Assembly: GCA_964342855.1 (NCBI GenBank)
Contig: CAYFIB010000013.1
Coordinates: 1,352-65,351 of the forward strand
From: an uncultured Caulobacterales bacterium
Lineage (GTDB): Bacteria > Pseudomonadota > Alphaproteobacteria > Caulobacterales > Parvularculaceae
Reading direction: 5' to 3'
Length of the DNA stretch: 64,000 nucleotides
Shown: positions 17,155 through 26,459 of the stretch, piece after piece
Position numbering within the stretch: the first letter of the stretch is position 1
How the letters are laid out: every line of letters starts with the position of its first letter
Translations under genes and position numbers: made by a program
Notes under the pieces: model-generated
Told to the model about the DNA's origin: nothing
The model's input: only the letters and a program-made list of their open reading frames with translations
Database searches by the model: none

Positions 17155-19602
17155 GTGACCAAATTCATGACCGGCGCATCGTCGATCGCCGTGCTTTCCA
17201 TGCTTTCCGCACCCGCATACGCGCAGGACGCCGAGCCGCGCCGTTCGCTCGACCAGATCGTCGTCACCGCGACGAAAACCGAGACGACCGCGCAGGACGC
17301 CGCCGTCGCGCTGCAGGCCGTCGATGAAGAAACGCTCGACGAACTGAACATCGGCAATTTCGACGACTATGTGCGTTATCTGCCGAACGTCTCCTTCGGC
17401 GGCCGGGGCCCGGGCCAGTCCACGGTCTATATCCGCGGCCTCGCGGTGCAGCCGATCACCGTCCTCCTCTCCGGCGCGCAGGGCACCACGCCGAACGTCG
17501 CGCTCTATCTCGACGAACAGCCGGTGACGGCGCCGGGCCGGAATCTCGACGTCTACGCGACCGATCTGGAGCGCATCGAAGTCCTGCCGGGACCGCAGGG
17601 CACGCTCTTCGGCGCGAGCTCCCAGGCGGGCACCATCCGCCTCATCACCAACAAGCCGAAGCTGAACGAGTTCCAGGCGGGCTTCGACGCCTCGGTCGCG
17701 ACCACCAATGACGGCGAACTTTCCAATGGCGTGGAAGCCTATGTGAACATTCCGCTCATTGAGGATAAGCTCGCGGTGCGCGCCGCGTTCTACAACATCT
17801 CCGAGGGCGGCTACATCGACAATGTTCAGGGCACGTTTACGACGGACCCGTCGATCAACCCGGACTCACAGGCGACCGCCAGCGCGGTGAGCTATGAAGC
17901 GGCGGACAACGCCCTCCTTGTCGAAGATAACTTCAACGACAGCGGCTATGAAGGCGTGCGTCTCAGCGGTCTGTTCCAGATCAACGACGACTGGAGCTTC
18001 AGCCTTCAGCACACGCAGCAGAAACTGACGGCCGACGGCGTCTTCGACTACGATCCGACGGTCGGCGACCTCGACGTGACGCGCTTCTTCGAAGACACCC
18101 TTGAAGACGAGTTCGGTCAGACCGCGTGGACGCTGGAAGGCCGCCTCGCCATGCTGGATCTGGTGTACACGGGCGCCTATCTCGACCGCGAGGTCAATCA
18201 GTCGGTCGATTATACGGGCTACAACAACTCCGGCGCATTCATCTCGTATTACACGTGTACGTATGATAACCCGGCTTATGTTGTGAATTACGGTATCGAC
18301 CCGTCCTTCGTCACGCCGGGCGGCCGCGAATGTCTCGACCCGACCAAAGGCGCGGTCATCTTCCAGGAGCACGCGCGCAACACGCACGAATTCCGCTTCT
18401 CCACGCCGTCCGATTACCGTCTCCGCCTGATCGCGGGCGTCTTCTATGACGACTTCGAGATTGAAACGCAGGACGACTATTACTACCTCGCCGCGCCGCA
18501 ACTCGGCTTCGCGCCGAACGCGCCGATCTCCACCGCCGTGCAGGTGAACCCGGCGACACGGCCGGCGGGCGTCGCCTTCTTCAACGATATTCGCCGCACG
18601 GAGAAACAGCTCGCCTACTTCGGCGAGCTCGCCTTCGATCTCGTTCCGAACGTCCTGACCGTCACGGGCGGCCTGCGCTACTACGAGATCGAGTCCGACT
18701 TTGAAGGCTCCTCCAACTTCGCGAACGGCATTTTCGCCGGCTCGGTCGATGGCGACAGCGGCCGCGATTACGACGTCTCCGGCGGTCACACGCCGGAACC
18801 GCTCGAAAATGACGACATCATCATCAAGGCGAACATCAGCTGGACGCCGACGGACGATGTTCTGTTCTTCTTCACGTACTCGGAAGGCTTCCGTCCGGGC
18901 GGCTTCAACCGCGGCGGCGGCCTCGCGTCCGCCAATCCGGCCTTCCCGACGGTCGACACCTTCTATGACACCGATGACGTCCAGTCCTATGAGCTGGGCT
19001 GGAAGAGCCAGCTCTTCGCCAACACGCTACAGTTCAACGGCTCGGCCTATTTCATCGAGTGGACGGACATGCAGGTCTCCCGCTTCGACCCGCAGAACGT
19101 CTCGATCCTGACGTTCATCGAGAACGCTGCGGACTCCGAGATCTTCGGCGTGGAAGGCGACGTGGTCTGGGCGGCGACGGACGGACTGACGCTGTTCGGC
19201 GCATTTTCGTACAACGACACCGAGGTGACCGATGTGAGCGCGCAGGTGATCGACCTCGCCCCGGTCGGGTCGGAGCTGCCGTTGGTGCCGAAATTCCAGT
19301 TCGCCGCACGCGCGCGTTATGAGGCGCCGGTCGGACCTTATCTCGGCTACGTTCAGGCGGGCGTTCAGTACGCGGGCAAGAGCTTCTCCTCGCTGGTCGC
19401 CGCCGTGCGTGAAGAGCAGTCGAGCTACACCACCGCCGACATGTCGGTCGGCGCGTCTCGCGATCAGTGGTCGGCGGAGATCTTCGTGGAAAACCTGACC
19501 GATGAGCGCGCCGAGCTGTTCATCAACGATCAGGACGATATTCGTCGGATCGCGACAAACCGTCCGCGCACGGTTGGCCTTCGGGTGTCGTTTGACTACT
19601 AG
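17155..19602 (+). CDS. TonB-dependent outer-membrane receptor
   Basis: Signal peptide ending AYAQD, TonB box DQIVVTATK, plug and barrel motifs, C-terminal RTVGLRVSFDY. GTG start at 17155 (ATG 17164 is an alternative). Confidence 0.85.
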   Translation: MTKFMTGASSIAVLSMLSAPAYAQDAEPRRSLDQIVVTATKTETTAQDAAVALQAVDEETLDELNIGNFDDYVRYLPNVSFGGRGPGQSTVYIRGLAVQPITVLLSGAQGTTPNVALYLDEQPVTAPGRNLDVYATDLERIEVLPGPQGTLFGASSQAGTIRLITNKPKLNEFQAGFDASVATTNDGELSNGVEAYVNIPLIEDKLAVRAAFYNISEGGYIDNVQGTFTTDPSINPDSQATASAVSYEAADNALLVEDNFNDSGYEGVRLSGLFQINDDWSFSLQHTQQKLTADGVFDYDPTVGDLDVTRFFEDTLEDEFGQTAWTLEGRLAMLDLVYTGAYLDREVNQSVDYTGYNNSGAFISYYTCTYDNPAYVVNYGIDPSFVTPGGRECLDPTKGAVIFQEHARNTHEFRFSTPSDYRLRLIAGVFYDDFEIETQDDYYYLAAPQLGFAPNAPISTAVQVNPATRPAGVAFFNDIRRTEKQLAYFGELAFDLVPNVLTVTGGLRYYEIESDFEGSSNFANGIFAGSVDGDSGRDYDVSGGHTPEPLENDDIIIKANISWTPTDDVLFFFTYSEGFRPGGFNRGGGLASANPAFPTVDTFYDTDDVQSYELGWKSQLFANTLQFNGSAYFIEWTDMQVSRFDPQNVSILTFIENAADSEIFGVEGDVVWAATDGLTLFGAFSYNDTEVTDVSAQVIDLAPVGSELPLVPKFQFAARARYEAPVGPYLGYVQAGVQYAGKSFSSLVAAVREEQSSYTTADMSVGASRDQWSAEIFVENLTDERAELFINDQDDIRRIATNRPRTVGLRVSFDY

Positions 19603-19634
19603 GACCTGACGCGGTCCGAATATGGACGCCAGAT

Positions 19635-19671
19635 CGGGCGGCCCCGCGATGGGCCGCCCGAAACCGTTTTT
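19635..19671 (+). terminator. Rho-independent terminator after the TBDR gene
   Basis: CGGGCGGCCC-cgcgat-GGGCCGCCCG (10-bp stem), followed 6 nt later by TTTTT. Confidence 0.6.
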
Positions 19672-19686
19672 GAGAGGGAGCCGCCC

Positions 19687-21687
19687 GTGGCCGATACGGC
19701 CGAACAGGTCGACCAGAATTCAATCGACGCCGCCCGCCAGACCGCCGCGACACGCCTCAAGGCAGGTGATTTTCAGGGCGCGGCTCAAGCGGCGCGATCC
19801 GGCCTTGAGACCGCCCCGGACGACGCGGAAACCCTGTACCTGCTCGCCGTCGCCGAGCGCTATCTCGGCGATCTCGACGCGGCCCTCGCGACGAGCCAGC
19901 GCCTCATCGACATCGCGCCGAACATGGCGCGCGCGCATCAGGAGCGCGGCCACGCCCTGCGTGCGGCCGGGCGGCTTGAGCAGGCGACCGGCGCCTATCG
20001 TGATGCGGTGGAGCGCAATCCGGCGCTTTTTGCGGCGTGGCTCGCCCTCGCCGAACTCGCCCCCATCGGCTCGCAGCTTTCCGGCCTCGCCCGCGCGCAG
20101 ACCGCGCGGCTGAAATCCCTACCGCCGGAGATCGCCGGCGCGGAAAGCCTGATGCACGACGGCAAGCTCTTCAAAGCCGAGCAGGTCTGTCGTGCGTTCA
20201 TGAAACGCCATCCAAAAAACGTAGACGGGATGCGCCTCCTCGCCGATCTCGGCGCACGGCTGCACATCCTGGACGACGCGGAATTCCTGTTGGAAAGCGC
20301 CCTCGCCTTCGAGCCGGAAAACGTCCCGGCGCGCCTAGACTACATCCGCGTGTTGCATCGGCGCCAGAAGCACGAAAAAGCGCTCGCAGAAGCGGTTGCG
20401 CTCCATGAGCGCGACCCGGCGAACCCCGCCTTCGTCTCAGCTCTGGCGAACGAACGCATGGCCGTCGGCGATTATGAAGAGGCGATCGCGCTCTATGACC
20501 GTCTTTGCACAGAGTTTCCGGAAGTAGCCGAAAACCAACTGGCTCGCGGTCACGCCCTGAAAACAATCGGCAAGGCGGAAGACGCCGTCGCGGCCTATCG
20601 GACGGCGTATCGCGCGCGCCCGGCTTTCGGCGACGCCTATTGGAGCCTCGCCAACCTCAAGACCTACGCCTTCACCGACGCTGAGCTCGCCGACATGCGC
20701 GCCGCGGAACAGGACGCCCGCACGCCGGATGCGGACCGTTATCATCTCGCCTACGCCCTCGGCAAAGCGCTGGAGGACCGCGAGGACCATGACGGCGCCT
20801 TTGAGAGCTACGCCCGCGGCGCCGCCCTGAAACGCGCCGAGTTGCGCTACGATCCGGACCGGATGCAGGCGGAGTTTGATGGGCAGAAGGCGTTTTTCAC
20901 GCCGGAACGCGCAGCGTCGCTCGCCGGGGCGGGCGCCGCGTCCGACGCGCCGATCTTCATCGTCGGCCTTCCGCGCGCGGGCTCGACGCTCATTGAGCAG
21001 ATCCTCGCCTCTCATTCGAAGGTGGAAGGCACGTTGGAGCTGCCGCACGTGCTCGCCCTCGCGCACCGTCTGAACGGACGGCGCAAGCTTGGCGACGATC
21101 CGCGCTATCCCGGCGTCCTCGCCGACCTTCCCGGCGACAAGCTCGCCGAGTTCGGCGCGCAGTATGTATCGGACACGGAGATCTATCGGACCGGCGCGCC
21201 GCGCTTCACCGACAAGATGCCGAACAACTTCCGCCATATCGGCCTGATCCGGATGATTCTCCCGAATGCGAAGATCATCGATGCGCGCCGCGACGCGATG
21301 GCCTGCTGTTTCTCGGGCTTCAAGCAGTTGTTCGCCGAAGGGCAGGAATTCAGCTACGGGCTTGAAGATATCGGCCGCTACTACCGCGGTTATGTCGACC
21401 TGATGGAGCATTGGGACGCGGTTTATCCGGGCGCGATCCTCCGCGTTCGCCACGAAGACGTGGTCAATGACCTCGAAACCGAGGTCAGACGCCTCCTCGA
21501 ATTCTGCGAGCTGCCTTTTGAGAGCGCCTGCCTTGAATTTCACCGCACGGAGCGGTCCGTTCGCACGGCGAGCTCCGAACAGGTTCGCCAACCCATCTAC
21601 CGCACCGGGCTGGAGCAATGGCGCCGCTTCGAGGCCCATCTCGCCCCCTTGAAATCCGCACTCGGACCGGAGCTTTGCGCATCATGA
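19687..21687 (+). CDS. Cytoplasmic TPR-repeat / sulfotransferase fusion protein
   Basis: N-terminal TPRs. The C-terminal sulfotransferase has a PAPS 5'-phosphosulfate loop FIVGLPRAGSTLIEQIL and a 3'-phosphate region ...RTERSVRTASSEQVRQPIY. No signal peptide. GTG start preceded by GAGAGGGAG. Confidence 0.8.
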   Translation: MADTAEQVDQNSIDAARQTAATRLKAGDFQGAAQAARSGLETAPDDAETLYLLAVAERYLGDLDAALATSQRLIDIAPNMARAHQERGHALRAAGRLEQATGAYRDAVERNPALFAAWLALAELAPIGSQLSGLARAQTARLKSLPPEIAGAESLMHDGKLFKAEQVCRAFMKRHPKNVDGMRLLADLGARLHILDDAEFLLESALAFEPENVPARLDYIRVLHRRQKHEKALAEAVALHERDPANPAFVSALANERMAVGDYEEAIALYDRLCTEFPEVAENQLARGHALKTIGKAEDAVAAYRTAYRARPAFGDAYWSLANLKTYAFTDAELADMRAAEQDARTPDADRYHLAYALGKALEDREDHDGAFESYARGAALKRAELRYDPDRMQAEFDGQKAFFTPERAASLAGAGAASDAPIFIVGLPRAGSTLIEQILASHSKVEGTLELPHVLALAHRLNGRRKLGDDPRYPGVLADLPGDKLAEFGAQYVSDTEIYRTGAPRFTDKMPNNFRHIGLIRMILPNAKIIDARRDAMACCFSGFKQLFAEGQEFSYGLEDIGRYYRGYVDLMEHWDAVYPGAILRVRHEDVVNDLETEVRRLLEFCELPFESACLEFHRTERSVRTASSEQVRQPIYRTGLEQWRRFEAHLAPLKSALGPELCAS

Positions 21688-23285
21688 GCGACGACACGTC
21701 AACGACCCTTCTTCCGGATCTGGAGATTGCCGAGAACGGCGACTACGAAACGGACTATGAGACCGGTCAGGACAACATAAACTTCCTCGGCCTCGATATT
21801 CACAACCCGGTCTTTTTCATCAGCGCCGCGGCGATTGTCTCCTTCGCTCTGTCGACGCTCGCGTTCCCGGACAGCGCCGACACTTTCCTCAATGGCTCAA
21901 AAGACTGGGTGCTGAAGCATTTTGACTGGCTGTTCGTCATCACGACGAACATCGTCTTCATCTTCTGCGTCGGCGTTCTTCTCTCGCCTTTCGGGCGCAT
22001 CCGGCTCGGCGGGCCGGAGGCCAAGCCGGAATTCGGCGTTCTCTCCTGGCTCGCCATGCTGTTCTCCGCAGGCGTCGGGATCGGGATGATCTTTTACGGC
22101 GCGGCGGAGCCGCTCGCCTATTTCACGGACTGGTTCGGTACGCCGCTCGGCGTCGAAGCGGGATCGGAAGAAGCGCGCCGCCTCGCCTTCAGCGCCACGA
22201 TTTTTCACTGGGGCTTCACCCCTTGGGCCGTCTACGCGCTGGTCGGCCTGTCGCTCGCCTTCTTCACCTTCAATAAAGGCCTGCCGCTGACGATCCGGTC
22301 GGTCTTCTACCCGCTGCTGGGCGAACGGGTCTGGGGCTGGCCGGGCCATGTCATCGACCTCCTCGCCGTCACCGCGACGCTCTTCGGGCTCGCCACCTCG
22401 CTCGGCCTCGGCGCGCGCCAGGCCGCGACCGGCATCGACTTTCTCTTCGGCGTCGGCGGCGGGCTAACCGGACAGGTCGCGCTCATCGCCGGTGTGACGT
22501 CGCTCGCGATCTTCTCCGTGGTGCGCGGGCTCGACGGCGGGGTCCGCCTCCTCAGCAACATCAACATTCTGCTGGCGATCGGCTTGCTCGTCTTCATCAT
22601 CCTCGCCGGACCGACGCTCGCCATTCTTCGCGGCGTCGGCGTGAATTTCGCGGATTACATTCTCGATACGCCCCGCCTCAGCGCCTGGTTCGGGCGCGAA
22701 GACGAGGCTTGGTTCCACGGCTGGACCATCTTCTACTGGGCGTGGTGGATCTCCTGGTCGCCGTTCGTCGGCATGTTCATCGCCCGCGTCTCGCGCGGAC
22801 GGACGATCCGGCAATTTCTGAGCGCTGTCCTGATCGTGCCCGTGCTCGGCGCCGTTGTCTGGTTCACCGCCTTCGGTGAAACCGCCATCGCGCAGTCCGA
22901 GGCGGGCGTCGGCGCGCTCGCGAACGGCGTGACGGACGTGCCGCTCGTCATGTTCCAGATGCTGGAGAACCTGCCGTTCGGGTACCTCCTCTCGCTTCTC
23001 GCCATCGGCCTCCTGATCGTCTTTTTCGTCACCTCCTCGGACAGCGGATCGCTGGTGATCGACAGCATCACCGCCGGCGGCAAGCTGCACGCGCCCGTTC
23101 CGCAGCGGATTTTCTGGGCGACGACGGAAGGTCTGGTCGCCGCGACGCTGCTGGTCGCTGGCGGCGCGCAGGCGCTCGGCTCGCTGCAGTCGGCCGTCAT
23201 CGCGACAGGACTTCCGTTCACGCTCGTGTTGCTCGCCTGTTGCGCGAGCCTCCTGCGCGGGCTTATGAGCGAAACCGCCTCCTAG
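21684..23285 (+). CDS. BCCT-family (betaine/carnitine/choline-type) transporter
   Basis: ATG 21684 overlaps the sulfotransferase stop (ATGA). BCCT signature HGWTIFYWAWWISWSPFVGMFIARVSRGRTIRQF. Confidence 0.85.
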   Translation: MSDDTSTTLLPDLEIAENGDYETDYETGQDNINFLGLDIHNPVFFISAAAIVSFALSTLAFPDSADTFLNGSKDWVLKHFDWLFVITTNIVFIFCVGVLLSPFGRIRLGGPEAKPEFGVLSWLAMLFSAGVGIGMIFYGAAEPLAYFTDWFGTPLGVEAGSEEARRLAFSATIFHWGFTPWAVYALVGLSLAFFTFNKGLPLTIRSVFYPLLGERVWGWPGHVIDLLAVTATLFGLATSLGLGARQAATGIDFLFGVGGGLTGQVALIAGVTSLAIFSVVRGLDGGVRLLSNINILLAIGLLVFIILAGPTLAILRGVGVNFADYILDTPRLSAWFGREDEAWFHGWTIFYWAWWISWSPFVGMFIARVSRGRTIRQFLSAVLIVPVLGAVVWFTAFGETAIAQSEAGVGALANGVTDVPLVMFQMLENLPFGYLLSLLAIGLLIVFFVTSSDSGSLVIDSITAGGKLHAPVPQRIFWATTEGLVAATLLVAGGAQALGSLQSAVIATGLPFTLVLLACCASLLRGLMSETAS

Positions 23286-23319
23286 CGCCGCTTCCGGCGC
23301 TCGCCGCAGGAACCGCGCC

Positions 23320-23826
23320 ATGACGTCTCGATCGGACGCCGCTCTCGTCGCCCTCCGCCAGATCATTCGGGCGACGGAGCTGGATTCACGCGCGCTGGCG
23401 AAACAGTCGGGCCTGACGCCGTCGCAGCTTCTTCTGCTCCAAGTGCTGGCGAAAGAAGGGGCGATGACCGCCGGCGCCATCGCGAAATCCGTCTCGCTCA
23501 GCCAGGCGACCGTCACCGCGCTGCTCGACAAGCTGGAGACCAGAGGGCTGCTTCGCCGCGCGCGCGACACGGCGGATCGACGCCGCGTTTTCGTGGAGCT
23601 GACCGAAGCCGGAAGACTGTCCGAAACCAACGCCCCCGGACTGCTGCAGGAGCAGTTCGAGAAGCGGTTCGGCAAACTGCAGGACTGGGAGCAGGCGTTC
23701 CTGATCGCCGCGCTGGAAAAAACCGCTACGATGCTCGACGCCGAAGACATCGACGCCGCGCCTGTCCTCGATGTCGGCAAACTGAACGACGCGCCGGACA
23801 TGGAGCCGTCGTCGCGGAAAGCCTAG
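23320..23826 (+). CDS. MarR-family transcriptional regulator
   Basis: wHTH: LTPSQLLLLQVLAKEGAMTAGAIAKSVSLSQATVTALLDKLETRGLLRRARDTADRRRVFVELT. Confidence 0.8.
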   Translation: MTSRSDAALVALRQIIRATELDSRALAKQSGLTPSQLLLLQVLAKEGAMTAGAIAKSVSLSQATVTALLDKLETRGLLRRARDTADRRRVFVELTEAGRLSETNAPGLLQEQFEKRFGKLQDWEQAFLIAALEKTATMLDAEDIDAAPVLDVGKLNDAPDMEPSSRKA

Positions 23827-24077
23827 TCACAGATCGTGAGACCGATACACAGCATGCGTCTCATGCTCCCATGGCGAGCCGCCTAGCATTCGGCCTCAAG
23901 CGGACCGCTTACCGAGCTTTCATGCTTCTCGTCGAAGTCGTCGATTTCTTCGGAAAGCTGGCGCCGGCGCATGAGTTATCGCTCTGAACTACAATCGCTA
24001 GCTCACAACGAACGTCGGAATTCTCAGACAGCGTCATCAACAAAGACCGATGCAGCGCCCATTGAATCAACCGGGCG

Positions 24078-25745
24078 TCACCTGTTCTGGACGGAGACGA
24101 TCTCGTCGGCTGCGATGTCTGAAAACTCCCGACGCAGGCTCGTCATCATCGCCGTCTCCTCTTTCCTACGGGAGTTGTCAGTTCGGGTCCGCGGCAAAGA
24201 AACCGCCGACAATACCGTCAGAACGCCAATCACCAGACAGGAAAGGTTCACCCAGACTTCAGGTCCCGCGCCGACGAATATCGACAGCAGGAAGAAATCT
24301 CCCGTCGTCGCCATGTCCAGCAGCGGAACCCCTGCGAGCAACGCCCCTGACGCGGCGAGGAGCTCCCGCACCGTTCGGTAGTCGTCATTGCGAAACAAGC
24401 TGAACCCGATCGCGCCGCTCCAGACCAGAAAATAGGTCCATCCGACAACAGCGAGACGCCCCTCCGGCGCAACCGGCGCGAGACGGTCTGCATAAAACAC
24501 CGCCGCCGTGGCCAACGGCAGACCGCAGGTGACGCCGACGGTCAGCTTGCTGAGCGCGTGGTAGAACTGTGGCGAGCGAGAGCCGACGTTTCCGTGCTTG
24601 CGCCGCTCCACCCACATCATCATCCCGAGCCCCGTGATGACGGCGAGCGCCAGCCCAAGCACGAAGTAGAGAAACTTCAGGGAAATACCGCCATATGTTC
24701 CGTAATGCAGCGGCGTCATGGTCGCGAGAACCCGGTTCGCCGGCGTGGACGTATCAATGGCGCTGTCTTCGCTTGCGCCCTCTTCCATCCGCTCGCCCGT
24801 TACGCCGCTGATCTGGTAGCCCTCAACAGACATCAACTCGGTGTCCGGGTCGAAGTACAGATCGAAATAGGCGTTGGCGTCGCCGAAATTGTTCATCACG
24901 ACATAGCGCAGGCGCTCGCCGCTCGTCGGCTCCGTCAGCGTGCGAAGCTCGTCCACGGAAATCATCTGCGCCTCGACGCCTGCGGGCGCCTGAGGCTCGC
25001 CCAGAACAGCCGCGATGAGCGCTTCCTGGTCTCCCTTGAACGTCAACAGCGCGATTACCGGCGCAAGCAGGGTGACGACGCCAAGAACCGCGCCGGTGAT
25101 GGCGATCATCACGTAGAACGGCAGTCCCCATAGCCCGAAGACCTTGTGCGCGTCCTGCCATTTCAACCGCATGGAGCGGAAGAACCGCAGGGTGAAGAGT
25201 TCTTCCAGTATCTTCGTATGGGCGATAACGCCTGTGATGATCGACATCAGAAGAATGACGCCGGCGATGCCGACAATGCCGCGCCCAACCGTAACGCCGC
25301 CGAGAAAATCCGGCCACATCAGTTTACGATGGATCTCCAACAACCAGAGCGACAGCCCTTCCCCGCGTTCCGGCAACGCCTCCCCCGTCGCCGGGTCCCA
25401 GCGCTGCGTGCTGAATTCATGATCATGGCCGCCGCCCTCTCGCGGAATATCGACGCCGAGAAAGGCCGAGTAATAAGGTTCCACCTCGCTCGGATATGTG
25501 AAAGTCAGAAAATCGATGTGCAGATCGCCCGCCGTCTTTTCAGCGATCCAATCATTGAGCGTCGCCTGCATGTCGACGGGTTCTTCAACCATGGGCAGAC
25601 GCCGCGCCGGGTCCTCCCATGTCTGAACTTCATGGTAGAACAGTGCGAAACATCCGGTGAACGCCACTACATAGATGAACAGGCCAAGCGTGACGCCCGA
25701 CCAGGAGTGCAGATCATAGTTTCTCTTGTGTCGCGCGCGATCCAT
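24078..25745 (-). CDS. PepSY-associated TM-helix protein (PiuB-like, siderophore-iron reductase-type)
   Basis: ORF 24078..26012, with ATG at 25745: MDRARHKRNYDLHSWSGVTLGLFIYVVAFTGCFALFYHE. The later WLLEIHRKLMW and KWQDAHKVFGLWGLPF blocks are typical of PepSY_TM proteins. Confidence 0.75.
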   Translation of the reverse strand: MDRARHKRNYDLHSWSGVTLGLFIYVVAFTGCFALFYHEVQTWEDPARRLPMVEEPVDMQATLNDWIAEKTAGDLHIDFLTFTYPSEVEPYYSAFLGVDIPREGGGHDHEFSTQRWDPATGEALPERGEGLSLWLLEIHRKLMWPDFLGGVTVGRGIVGIAGVILLMSIITGVIAHTKILEELFTLRFFRSMRLKWQDAHKVFGLWGLPFYVMIAITGAVLGVVTLLAPVIALLTFKGDQEALIAAVLGEPQAPAGVEAQMISVDELRTLTEPTSGERLRYVVMNNFGDANAYFDLYFDPDTELMSVEGYQISGVTGERMEEGASEDSAIDTSTPANRVLATMTPLHYGTYGGISLKFLYFVLGLALAVITGLGMMMWVERRKHGNVGSRSPQFYHALSKLTVGVTCGLPLATAAVFYADRLAPVAPEGRLAVVGWTYFLVWSGAIGFSLFRNDDYRTVRELLAASGALLAGVPLLDMATTGDFFLLSIFVGAGPEVWVNLSCLVIGVLTVLSAVSLPRTRTDNSRRKEETAMMTSLRREFSDIAADEIVSVQNR

Positions 25746-25750
25746 AAAGT

Positions 25751-26071
25751 TCACCCGATATTCGGTTCGACAAGAAAGACGATGACGGCGCACACGGCGG
25801 AGACGGACAAAAGCCCCGTCGCGACGACCCAGGCGCGTTTTTCCCAGTACGTCCAGAACTGAAAACCCGCCCAGATGATCGGCGTCGCCAATGTGAGCCA
25901 GAGCGCTTTCTCCGAGAACGGCCCAGGAAGAACGAGCAGCGCGGCTGCGCCGACGAAGATCGTCGCGACCAGCGCCCAGAGGATGACGCTTGTCAGGCGC
26001 GGCGCCTTCCACGTAGCGATGCCGAGGCCGCCGACGACGATAAGCAGTATGCCGATGACGACGGGGCTCAC
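25751..26071 (-). CDS. Small integral membrane protein (DUF3649/DUF3325-like member of an iron-uptake cluster)
   Basis: 106 aa, 3-4 helices. GTG start overlaps the upstream stop by 4 nt. The family call rests on context and memory only. Confidence 0.45.
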   Translation of the reverse strand: MSPVVIGILLIVVGGLGIATWKAPRLTSVILWALVATIFVGAAALLVLPGPFSEKALWLTLATPIIWAGFQFWTYWEKRAWVVATGLLSVSAVCAVIVFLVEPNIG

Positions 26072-26412
26072 AGCGCCGCCCCTGCTATAGCAGTCATGAG
26101 CACCAGTCCCGCGAGCGCCGCTGCGCCAACGCCGTACTCAACATGGCGTCCGGGAAACCGAGCATCGATCAGCAGGCCGACAATACCCGCCGCGGTGGCC
26201 GCGCCGAGCCAGATGGGAATTCCGCGCTCCCAGCCCTGCGGTTGCGCCATGAGCACCAGCGCGATTAGGGCGAGCGCCCAACCGGCGCCCTTTGCAAGGT
26301 TACGGTTGCGCGCCGAAGCCTTCATGTCTGCGAACACAGCACGTCGCTCGTGCGCTTCAATCCAGATGGCTACGGCCAGCATCAGAAGACTGGCCGCGAA
26401 TGCAGTTTCCAT
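26068..26412 (-). CDS. Small integral membrane protein (DUF3325-like member of an iron-uptake cluster)
   Basis: 114 aa, hydrophobic, lying between the TBDR and PepSY genes. Confidence 0.45.
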   Translation of the reverse strand: METAFAASLLMLAVAIWIEAHERRAVFADMKASARNRNLAKGAGWALALIALVLMAQPQGWERGIPIWLGAATAAGIVGLLIDARFPGRHVEYGVGAAALAGLVLMTAIAGAAL

Positions 26413-26459
26413 GACTTTCCGTCTTTCTGAAGCCTTGACGAACCCAGCGGGTTAAGAGC

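Noticed and set aside
23883-23972. 29-codon minus-strand ORF (MRRRQLSEEIDDFDEKHESSVSGPLEAEC) in the spacer downstream of the PepSY gene.
   Set aside because: It has no Shine-Dalgarno sequence and no recognisable family, and it is too short to separate from chance. It would need ribosome profiling or conservation evidence.
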